Assembly: GCA_009914755.4 (NCBI GenBank)
Contig: CP068257.2
Span: 34,112,001-34,176,000 of the forward strand
Origin: the human T2T-CHM13v2.0 reference genome, Homo sapiens
Reading direction: 5' to 3'
DNA length: 64,000 nucleotides
In this document: positions 51,501-64,000 of the stretch, piece after piece
Numbering within the stretch: the first letter of the stretch is position 1
Layout: every line of letters begins with the position of its first letter
Made by a program: the position numbers and the translations under genes
Notes under the pieces: generated by a model
Database searches by the model: none
What the model saw: only the letters and a program-made list of their open reading frames with translations
Told to the model about the DNA's origin: nothing

Positions 51501-52589
51501 ACATCTGGCCATAGACAAATCCTCCTTGTCTCCAGAGACTTCTACAGGATTCCAACTCTAGTTTTTAAAATGTGAGTATATGAGACACATGGGTCTGTAG
51601 GCTCTGGTTTTAGAGGTGAATCCTTCACATTAATGATTCTGAGATTGATTTTCTCCTTTGTTGGCCCTTCTTGACCATTTTTACCTTCTCAGTGACCACG
51701 TTTCAGTGCTCACTAGGACCTGGACCGGGGGCAGGGTAAACCGAGGTAAGTAGCTCTGTGTTACTGCCTGCTACTATGCCCACGGATGTGTGGTGATGAG
51801 AAGGGTAAAACAAAAAGCCAGAATTCCTTTCCAGGATGAAATAAATGCAAGATAAGCACAGGGAGCTGCTCAGGTGCCTGAGGAAGGTGGCCAACTCCAA
51901 ATGTCCACAAAGTGTCCATGTCAGGTGACCCAAAGGTGCAAAAAACAGGCAGACTGCTTCTGTGCCCAGTAGCAAGAATATCAAGTACGTCAGGTCTTTT
52001 TGGTGTGGCTTAATACAGCCTACTTAAAAGGAAAAATAGAAAATCTATGTGAACAGTTTCCAGCTGCCAGCTCTAATTTCCCATGATGGCCCATGACAAG
52101 GAGTGCACAGTGTTATTGATCAGTTATGACATTATCAGAAAAGGGCTGAATGGAGTTTGCTCTCACTCTTTTCTTTCTCTTTGCTCTTTGTCAGTGTCCT
52201 TAGGAAATGTATCTAATTCTTAGGCTTCTCCAGCCAAGCAGGATGGGCAAGAAGACATTTATACTGGATGGCTTCTAAAAACATGTTATACCAGTTTCAA
52301 TATTTTAGGAAAATAACTGTACAATAATCCAATATTAACAGAAGAAAGAAAATATTCATTCAAAAGTGCCTATATGCTCATGTCCTATGTATTTCATGTC
52401 TTGGACCAAAATATTCTATTCTTCTCATGAAACCACTTATAGTTACCAAGCTGAAAAATCAAACAGACATTATGTTTTAGCAAATTTCTTCATTTCCCTT
52501 TTGAGTTCTTTGGAAAGAAGAGAACAAAGTGCAGAGAAATACTTATTCTCTAGGCCATAAAATCAGGAGGGCAGGCCTGTGATCTATTG

Positions 52590-52665
52590 AATGTTGAGCA
52601 CCAAGCTCAGTACCTGGCACGTAATAGTTGCTCAATAAATTTTGTTACCACATGCTGAATGACTC
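52590..52665 (+). mobile_element. MIR-like 3' fragment
   Basis: The motif cagtacctggcacgtaatagttgctcaataaattttgtt resembles the MIR 3' end (cagtgcctggcacatagtaagcgctcaataaatgtt). Confidence 0.4.
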
Positions 52666-52827
52666 CAACAAGTAATTAGATTTTTCTGCCACTCCCCTCT
52701 ATTCAAAGCTCTAACAAAGAACTTTTTAAAGGTGTGAGCCCATGGTCTCTATTAAAGAGTTTTCCATTGCAACTTTTCTTCTTCTAACTAGTAGCTTTCT
52801 CTTGTATACTCAAAAGTCACCTCGTTT

Positions 52828-53070
52828 AGCTTAGTCATGGAGCATAGAGGTTTGAAGTCATGCAAACATGGATTCAGCTACCTGGTTCTGCCACTTGCTA
52901 GTGTCATTACAACTTCAGCAAGTTGCCTAATTTCTCTGAGCCTCATTTTTCCCACCTATAAAGGACCATAATATTTCCACAAGGCTATCTATGGATTAAG
53001 TGAATAATATGTACAAAACAGCTCACAAAGTGCCTGATAATAGTCTATTTATGATGACCACTTTATTTTA
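52828..53070 (+). mobile_element. MIR (SINE) element
   Basis: The stretch tggttctgccacttgctagtgtcattacaacttcagcaagttgcctaatttctctgagcctcatttttcccacctataaaggaccataatatttccacaaggctatctatggattaagtgaataatatgtacaaaacagctcacaaagtgcctgataatag matches the MIR consensus (ggctctgccacttactagctgtgtgaccttgggcaagttacttaacctctctgtgcctcagtttcctcatctgtaaaatgggg...ggattaaatgag...agcgcttagaacagtgcctggcacatag). Confidence 0.7.
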
Positions 53071-53334
53071 AATATTGTTATAATCATTATCATCACTGGT
53101 ATCCACTGGAAGCTTTAGAATAATCCTATAGCATGCTTTATAATTAAAACACTGTTATATATCTAATTAAGAAAGTTTTCTTGCTCATACATTTATAAGC
53201 TGTTCTTTTGTACTGTATGATACCAAAGGAAAGTTACCTATAGTTTTTGTAATATTCAGGGACAGACAATATTCAAGTATGCAAATTCTTGAATGCAAAT
53301 TTCTTTAATGCTTTCTTTAGTAGTCTATACAAAA

Positions 53335-53503
53335 CTTTAATATATATGTGTGTATATATTATATATAATATATACATTACATGTATTATATATACACATA
53401 TGTTAAATATATTATATATTATAAATTATATTATATAATTAAAGATAATATATTAAAATATGTAATCTATAATTATCTAATAAATCATTATATATATTAT
53501 ATA
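53335..53503. repeat. AT-rich (TA)n-like simple repeat
   Basis: The sequence atatatgtgtgtatatattatatataatatatacattacatgtattatatatacacatatgttaaatatattatatattataaattatattatataatt... Confidence 0.85.
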
Positions 53504-53689
53504 GGTCATGTGTAGTGGTTCATGCCTGTAATCCCAGCTCTTTGGGAGGCTGAAGCAAGAGGATCCTTTGAGCCTAGGTGTTCAATCCCAGCCTAGGCAA
53601 CATAGTGAGACCCAGTCTCTAAAAATAAATAAATAAAATAAACAATAAATAACAAATAAATAAATAAAATAAACAAATAAACAAATAAA
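53504..53689 (+). mobile_element. free Alu monomer (FLAM-like) with long (AAAT)n/(AAACA)n tail
   Basis: The monomer ggtcatgtgtagtggttcatgcctgtaatcccagctctttgggaggctgaagcaagaggatcctttgagcctaggtgttcaatcccagcctaggcaacatagtgagacccagtctc is ~125 bp. It is followed by aaaaataaataaataaaataaacaataaataacaaataaataaataaaataaacaaataaacaaataaaa. Confidence 0.8.
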
Positions 53690-55376
53690 ATTATACATAT
53701 ACTATATATATGTACATATTATATACATACACACATATATATATAATTTGCCATTATAAGCTAGCTGTAACTTTCCCAAGGTCAACAGCCTGTCACTGGC
53801 CACAAAACACAAAGGAGAAAGTAGTATATATCTACACATCCTCCAAAGCCTAAGGCTGCAAATGGCTGGCATAGAAAACATCCAGTCCTACTGTACCTGA
53901 ATACTCCCTCTAGAAGGTTCTTAGAATGAATCAAAGGTGAAAGAGGGCATACATGGAAGCCATTGACCAGCCCCCAACTCCATACATACTGCACTCCATC
54001 CTTTAGAGGCATAATAATTGGTTCATTCCTACTTGCAATTCAGAAATATTAATTGAGCATCTTCAATGTGCTAAACACTGCTTTGCTTTCAATGATGGAA
54101 ATGAAGTGGGAAGCAAAACAAGAAAAGTGCCTGCCCTCATGGAGCTTGCATTCCAGAGTAATTTGTTTCTTGGTAGCAAGAACAAGGAGGCTGAGTAACA
54201 GACCTTACAGTTGGTGTATGATATATTTTTCAATCTTTCTAAAAGTTCTTAATTATCTGCTGTCTAACTTGTAAGCCAAATTTCATTCCTTCTGTGCAGA
54301 ATGACATGGCCAGTCTGACCACCAAATACGATGGGGCTTTCTTAACTATTCAAGTACACTGTTGGCAAAAGATAGTGGGCTATTCAAAATGACATGCCGA
54401 AACATGTATGGTGATTTTAATCAATTATTTTGGCCAGTTTCAAAGGCATTTATCACAAAGTAACACAGTCTTGCTAAAATATTTCTTTAAACACAGAGTT
54501 CTTTGTTCCTACACCTTTAAGAAGTAAAGGGAATACCCAGACACTGTACCTGTTTTGTAAGTTAAAGTGAAAACATACTGCACTGAAACTTATAGTTGAT
54601 ATCTCTTCAGAAGAGAAATTCATCAGCAAGGTAATAATTCCCAGTAGCTACACAAAGAAACCACAGTCTTCAGAAAAACCACATAACAGAGAATGGAATA
54701 CTGTGAGCAGCCCACATAATTACTCATGATAGATAAGTGTATTAAAAATTAAATATAAATTATTGCAGGCATTATAGTTTTGGCACAAGATGAAAAAAGT
54801 GCTTTATGTTACTTAAAAGTTTTAATAACTGCCTTAAATTTGGCTCAGTTGAAAATAAGCTTATCCTGAGTAAATATAAAGCATTTATTATTTGAAGTAT
54901 TGCTTTCAATACAATTGTAGGTTTAAAAAAAAACAACCTCTTTGATTTTCTAAAAGTTGCTATGTGGCATTGATCTTTTTTAAAAGTACTAAAAAGAGAT
55001 ACAAATAGGTGAATTTTAAACAGGGTTGTTCTAAGGAGGATTACTTTAACATATGAAAATCTCTTACCAAAACTCTGCTAAATCCTAAAATCAAATCCAG
55101 ATGATTTTGAATCTAAATGTGAGAGGGGAAAAAATAAATCTTTTAAAGAAAAACATAAGAGAGTATCTTCATGACCTTGGAGTAGGCAAAGAGTCCTTAA
55201 ATAACACAAAAAGCACTAACCTTAAAACAAAAAAGATAAGTTAGATTATATTAAAATTAAGAATTTCTGTTTATCAGTACTAAGAGAGTGAAAAGAAACC
55301 CACAGAGTAGAAAAAGATGCTTGCAATACACGTCTCCAACAAAGAACTGACACTCAGAACATATAAAGAATTCCTG

Positions 55377-55658
55377 GCCTGGTGCCGTGGCTCATACCTG
55401 TAATCAGCACTTTGGGAGGCCGAAGCTGGAGGATCACTTAAGCCCAAAAGTTTGAGATCAGCCTGGTTAGCATAGTGAGAACTTGTCCCTACTAAAAAAA
55501 ATTTCTTAAATTTAGCTGGGTACAGTGGTGTGCACCTGTAGTCCCAGCTACTTGGGAGGCTGAAGCAGGAGATCACTTGAGCACAGGAGGTCAAGACTGC
55601 AATGAGCTATGATCACTCTATGCACTATAGCCTGGGCGACAGAGCAAGGCCCTATCTA
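55377..55658 (+). mobile_element. Alu with TSD AAGAATTYCT
   Basis: Runs from ggcctggtgccgtggctcatacctgtaatcagcactttgggaggccgaagc to cactatagcctgggcgacagagcaaggccctatctaag. The flank aagaattcct precedes it and agaatttct follows the tail. Confidence 0.9.
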
Positions 55659-55735
55659 AGAAGAAGAAGAAAGAAGAAGAGAAGAGGAGGAGGAGGAGGA
55701 GGAGGAGGAAGAAGAAGAAGAAAACGAAGAAGAAT
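55659..55735. repeat. (GAA)n(GGA)n purine trinucleotide repeat derived from the Alu tail
   Basis: The sequence aagaagaagaaagaagaagagaagaggaggaggaggaggaggaggaagaagaagaagaaaacgaagaagaa. Confidence 0.95.
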
Positions 55736-56043
55736 TTCTACAACTCAATTCAATAAGAAAAAGAAAGACAACAATAGAAAAATGAGCAAAGGACTTTAAT
55801 ACCTACTTCACATAGAACGATATCCTAACAGCCAATAAATACATGGCAAGGAGCTCACCTTCATTTGTTGTCACTGAAATGCAAACTAAAACCACAAGGA
55901 GAGACATTATACTTCCATCCAAGTGGCTGAAATTTTAAAAAGAGGCAAATACCCAATAGAGCAACTGACATTCACATACACTGCTGGTGGGGATGTAAAT
56001 TGGTACAAATACTTTAGAAAACTGTTTGGCAGTATCTGCTAAG

Positions 56044-56231
56044 CAGAGGTCTTCAAAATGTGGTCCCTGGACCAGTAGCAAAAGCATCACCTGGAATTTG
56101 CCAGAAGCCCACATTCTTGGGCCCTACTCCATACCTACTGAATCAGAAACACTCCAGGTGTTTCCCAGAGATCTGTGTTTTAACAAACCCTCCAGGTGGT
56201 TCTGATGCGTGTGCAATCTTGAGAACCACTG
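56044..56231 (+). mobile_element. MER5-like hAT-Charlie nonautonomous DNA transposon with 8-bp TSD (TGCTAAG / TGCTAAAG)
   Basis: Runs from cagaggtcttcaaaatgtggtccctggaccagtagcaaaagcatcacctggaatttgccagaagcccacattcttgggccctactccatacctactgaatcagaaacactccaggtgtttcccagagatctgtgttttaacaaaccctccaggtggttctgatgcgtg to cttgagaaccactg, which matches the MER5A architecture. The flanks are ctgctaag and tgctaaag. Confidence 0.8.
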
Positions 56232-56380
56232 TGCTAAAGCTCAGCATATGCATAGCCTCTAACTCAGAAACTGTACTCTTAGGAATGTCTACCAGAGATG
56301 TGTATGAGCTTTCATCAAAATACATGTACAAGAGTGTTTGCAGTAGCACTACTCAAAACAGCCAAAAACTGGAAACTATC

Positions 56381-56731
56381 TGATATGGTTTAGCTGTGTC
56401 CCCACTGAAATCTCATCTTGAATTGTAGCTCCCATGATCCCCACGTGTCGTGGGACAGACCCAGTTGGAGGTAACTGAATCATGGGGGAGGGTTTTTCCC
56501 GTGGTGTTCTCATGATAGTAAGTCTCACGAGATCTGCTGGTTTTATAAAGGGCAGTTCCCCTGCACACGCTCTCTTGCCTGCCACCAGGTAAGACATGCC
56601 TTTGCTCCTCCTTCACTTTCCACCATGTTTATGAGGCCTCCCCAGCCATGTGGAACTGAGAGTCCACTAAACCTCTTTTTCTTTATAAATTACCCAGTCT
56701 CGGGTATAGCAGCATGAGAAGGAACTAATAC
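56381..56731 (+). mobile_element. solo THE1-family MaLR LTR
   Basis: Contains tgatatggtttagctgtgtccccactgaaatctcatcttgaattgtagctcccatgatccccacgtgtcgtgggacagacccagttggaggtaactgaatcatggggg. It continues through gttttataaagggcagttcccctgcacacgctctcttgcctgccacc to ctttataaattacccagtctcgggtat...ggaactaataca. This is a near-colinear match to the THE1 LTR consensus as I remember it. Confidence 0.85.
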
Positions 56732-57625
56732 ATTACCTAAATGCCATCAGTAGGAAGGACAAACAAAGCATGCTATAGTCACTAAGTAGAAGTCTACACA
56801 GCAATGAGGCTGCATAATCTATAATTGTATGCAACAGTGTAGATGAACCTCACATACATAATGATAGACAAAAGAAGCCAATCACAAAGCTACACATCTT
56901 GTAGGATTCCATTTGCAGAAAGTACAAAAAAAGGCAAAACCTGACTCTGCTATTACAAGTCAGGATATGGTTATGATTGGGAGAGACCAGTAGGTGAAGA
57001 CTGCAAGGGCTCTAAGGAAGGCTTCTGGATGCTCCCACCATTTTTTTTTTCTTGAGCTGGGGTTGGTTACAGTAATGATCTGTTTATGAAAATGCACTGT
57101 GCTGTATGCTTATAATGTGAGCACTTTTCTGCCAGTATACAACAATGAAAAGGTTTTCTTAAAACTTGATTAAAATAATTCTTTTCAAATTGTATAATAA
57201 GTGTGAATTACTTTAGGTAGAATATTTGCATTGGAAAAAGTTTAGGACATTAAAGAGTAATGTCCTAATATTCCACTCCAGGGAATTGTCATCAATATGG
57301 CAGAAGAAGAAAAAAGCTTACAAGATCAAATACCAATGAAATCTTCCCTGAATGACTGCATCAAGGTACTAAAAATGGTCCCTGGGGTCAGACTAAACAA
57401 CAGAAACCCACCAGTGGGCATAGTTCGTCAGTAAATCTGTGCTTTAATAATTAAAATGTAAGCACTATATTTATATACCCCTTAATTCCATAAGAATTTT
57501 CAGTGGTTGTAACTGCATTAACCCACTCATCAGTCAGGTTAAGCAGCCATCAGCGGACCATGAGAAGCAAAGGGGAAGGTCAGGCACATTAACTAGCTGA
57601 TGTTTGCTTCTGATTAAAGTTGGCT

Positions 57626-57648
57626 TATTTATTTATTTATTTATTTTG
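57626..57648. repeat. (TTTA)n microsatellite
   Basis: The sequence tatttatttatttatttatttt. Confidence 0.9.
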
Positions 57649-57795
57649 CCAGCAGAGTCAGTGAATTTTTAAAAAGACAATGATTGTCATCTCATCTCTG
57701 TTGTCAGCAAAGCCCTCATTCCACCTTGAGCTCCCTTTTGAGTAGCCAGGGCTCTGGGTTACACATGGGCTCATTCTGCTTTTACCGACAAGGAT

Positions 57796-57851
57796 GCTGC
57801 ATTAGTCCATTTTCACGATGCTCATAAAGACATACCTGAGACTGGGTAATT
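57796..57851 (-). mobile_element. THE1-type LTR terminal fragment (56 bp), abutting the L1 5' junction
   Basis: The stretch gctgcattagtccattttcacgatgctcataaagacatacctgagactgggtaatt matches the reverse complement of the THE1 LTR 3' end (tgtattagtccgttctcacactgctaataaagacatacccgagactgggtaatttataaag). Confidence 0.6.
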
Positions 57852-57935
57852 ATAACAAACTGTCTCTCAGACCACAGTGCAATCAAATTAGAACTCAGGA
57901 TTAAGAAACTCCCTCAAAACCACTCAACTACATGA

Positions 57936-58220
<285 letters not shown>

Positions 58221-58289
58221 TAACTGAAGGAAACAGAGACACAAAAAACCCTTCAAAAAAATCAATGAATCCAGGAGCTGGTTTTTTGA

Positions 58290-60715
<2,426 letters not shown>

Positions 60716-62090
60716 ACAGACACTTCTCAAAAGAAGACATTTATGCAGCCAAAAAACACATGAAAAAATGCTCACCATCACTGGCTATCAGAGAAATGCA
60801 AATCAAAACCACAATGAGATACCATCTCACACCAGTTAGAATGGCAATCATTAAAAAGTCAGGAAACAACAAGGTGCTGGAGAGGATGTGGAGAAATAGG
60901 AACACTACTCAACTCCACTCTTGTAGCATGAGAAAAGTCATAGACACCACATAAACAACAGTGCATGTGACTGTGTTCCACATCGTTTACAAAACTATCT
61001 ACAAAAACAAGCAGAGGGCTGGGTTTGATCTGCTGGCCATAGTTTGCAAATGCCTACTCTTCGAGTTGATACGAACATTACTCCTTTTAAAGGAGACCAG
61101 ACTCTAGAATCACTCCAAATGCAGGGAAATATTTTCAGCTATCCAAAATCAATCACGGGCACTAGTTGCTGGCCTCTGACCTACATCATTTCAGGTCTGC
61201 ACTGCTAATAGGTGTCAGGTTCAGAGGCTGGCACGGGCGCTGTTCTTGAATGGTCCTGAGTACACCCACCCATGTGAGCAGGACAAATAAGTCCCCTTGA
61301 AGGGAGGCACCTGAGGAAGCCTACCGGTCTAAGTGCGCATGAATGTAGGTGTGAAAACACATTATCTCACTCAGCAGAGAGTACAGCTGGGATTGCCCAA
61401 GTGATGTGGTCCCTATGATGTAAAATATGAAAATGTCTTCCAACTAGTTTCATCAATGAAATCTTTGTGGGTGATTTCTTTTAAGCCATTACTTATGCCT
61501 CTTGAATCGTGTGTTTGATTTCATTGGGTAATTATTTCGCTAGATACAAGGGACCCTGTCAGAATATCTTTACTGACTAAAAACAAGCTATGCTTTTGGT
61601 GCCCTGGAAACATATAACAATACTATATAATATTAACTAAGCCAAGGCTTAGCTGGGAAGTTACTGGATCTCCTGTTCCTTTTCAACACTGTTTTTGCCC
61701 CTTCTCATTGTCATCCTTCTCACTCTTCCCTCTTTTCCAACCATGTTTTATGTTTCTGTCCCTCTTTCTCTTGCCTTAAACCAATCAAAACCAAACAAAT
61801 AAAAGGAAGTAGAGAGCAGCAAGACTTCATACTGAAAACGTCCTTAAAGGAAACGGCTTTCACGTTTATCATTTTTTTCATTATTTTGAGTCAGTTTTTG
61901 AGAGCAAGAACATATATCTTTACTATATTAAAAATCAGAGTCACTCTAACCATGTAATAAACCCAGAACATGCATTCATGGTAACTATACCTCCAGTGGT
62001 TTATGATTTAAACTCAGAAAGTTTCTTTAATTAATCTCTGCTATGGGTTTGATATCAATGTCAATTAAAAGCAGCACATGATGACCCTTA

Positions 62091-62249
<159 letters not shown>

Positions 62250-64000
62250 CTAATATATTGGTCTGACATAGAATATGCAAATTTGTTCATTATAAAAATA
62301 AATATGTCTGTTGAAAGGCTGGCAAATAACCAATGGCTCACTGATAATACCCTCTAATCCCAAGAAAAAAACATAGACCAAAATAAAAAGAAAATAAACT
62401 TCGTATAAAGATGAGAAAGCAAAGTGTCCCCTTGTTACGTAATATTAGAATGCTCTCTCATACCTACGGTTGCTTTCGTTCTATGTCAAATGAAATTACG
62501 CTGCCCACCTGCAGGTGCTGGGAGGAACAAGTTAGAGGCTCCATGGAAAAGCATCTTGAAAATAGCCGAGTGCTCTGCAAATGCAGATCGTTATTTATGC
62601 AAAAAAAAAAAAAAAAAGGCAGGAGGAAATCCATCTGTTCTAAAACCTCTCCCCTCAATATGCTTCCTTATTATCTACACGAATTAAAGATGGGTTTATC
62701 AAATTCGCGTTTACAATTATGGGATGTGGGTTAAAATAATCACACACACAATCAGAACCCATGGCTGACTACTTACAACATTTCCTTTGTCATTCTGTCT
62801 AGGATGAGATTGTGTTTTGTTATTGAACCATAAAAAATGTCATTAACCCTTGGTTCATTGTTAATTCTTAGAAAGCTAGAATCCTTTTTGTGTCTTTGGA
62901 ATCCCTTTCACACACAGCCAGTTGGATAGAAAATAGAAGGTACCTGAGAGGTGAGGAACTGTTAGTGAATTGATGTGGAAGCTTCTAAAGGCATTGCTCC
63001 TGAAATGACAAGTTTCAGCAGGAATAGAAGCTGAGGGCCTTCCCACCACAGATGGCCAGATTGGGTGCCTTCTGAGCCCACTGTCTAGCTCAAGCCCTAG
63101 CCTGTCAATCCTGAAAATACCAGCAAGTACTGTCCTCCTGCTAGTAGTACTATATATAGTGTGTCTCACAAAGACCCAGAGGGGTCAGATGAATGAGAGC
63201 TTAAAGTAATTCGCACACTCCTGAGCCAACAGTCCTGGGCTCCAACCCCTAGGCCATCACTTAAGGCTCTGAGACCCCAGGATGGCACTCAGCATCCAGG
63301 CACTTCACATCCTGTGAACATCTGTCATGCTTTGGACACACACACGCAGACACACACCAACACTTCTTAAACACTCTGCCTGTGTTTAGGGCTATCTCTC
63401 CCTTATGGGTCTTCTCTCCCCTAGAAATAAGCCAGAACCTCATTTCCCAAGACTTCCTTGCATCTAGGTTGCTGATATGTGATGCAAGCTTTGTGGATCT
63501 GACACACTCCCAAGAGACTTTAAAGCAGTTGAGAGCAATGTGGACAAGCATGAGTGCCCTACAATTTTTTTCTGTTGTGAGAGAGGAAATAGAAGGCTCC
63601 AGCTTTGGAGAACATCAGCAAAAAGGTCTCCACATTAGTGATAAAAGCTGTGGTATCTCTGCCCTGTGAAGGTGGCAGAAGGTCATCACAGACTTTCCAC
63701 CCTTACAAGAGTCTGAAGTACCCAATACATCCTATACTAACTTCCATGTATACTTAAGCAAATTAGAGTATGTCCCGCTGCTGAACAAACTCGGTTGTTT
63801 CACTTATCAAATGGAAATAATAAGAGGTGCATCAAAAAATGTTAAGAATCACCAGGAACACCCAGCTCAAAGCACCTAGAACATAGGCAAAAAGCACACG
63901 TCGAATGTGAGTTCTTCCCTTACTTTTTGATAATCAATACTTTTATTTTTCTATTTATTTTCTTACTATTAACATGTTATGTCTTCTTTTACTACCTTTT

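Noticed and set aside
62596-62617. A16 homopolymer as the poly-A tail of a retrotransposed element
   Set aside because: I could not recognise any SINE, LINE or processed-pseudogene body upstream of it, and no TSD is evident. I treat it as a simple mononucleotide run.

Overview
This window reads as human (primate) genomic DNA, not a prokaryotic locus. It is AT-rich, has no long host ORFs, and interspersed repeats account for roughly 40-45% of it. I could recognise 17 Alu elements plus 2 free Alu monomers (poly-A tails, several clear target-site duplications), 5 L1 fragments, MIR fragments, MaLR (THE1/MST-type) LTRs, MER5-like hAT MITEs and many microsatellites. I cannot support any host protein-coding gene, exon, tRNA/rRNA, CRISPR array or prokaryotic-style defence system from sequence alone. 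The only long ORFs in the six-frame track are decayed L1 ORF2 (reverse transcriptase) remnants at 57.8-60.9 kb, or they run through Alu/LTR sequence. The observations I think are worth a second look are all repeat biology. (1) A ~1.07 kb AT-rich complex minisatellite at 39.9-41.0 kb contains runs of perfect 27-33 bp units. (2) A young AluY is nested, with target-site duplication, inside an L1 ORF2 fragment. That L1 fragment is truncated at both ends and its 5' junction lies inside a THE1 LTR. (3) Two same-orientation MaLR LTRs lie 1.56 kb apart, consistent with a full-length THE1/MST-class element. (4) A tailless, 3'-truncated Alu is flanked by perfect 14-bp direct repeats. (5) An Alu carries an internal (GTG)n(GTT)n expansion, an Alu tail has expanded into (GAA)n(GGA)n, and there is a near-perfect 46-bp palindrome. 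Repeat family names come from my memory of consensus sequences and should be confirmed with RepeatMasker/Dfam. Coordinates are approximate to within a few bp.
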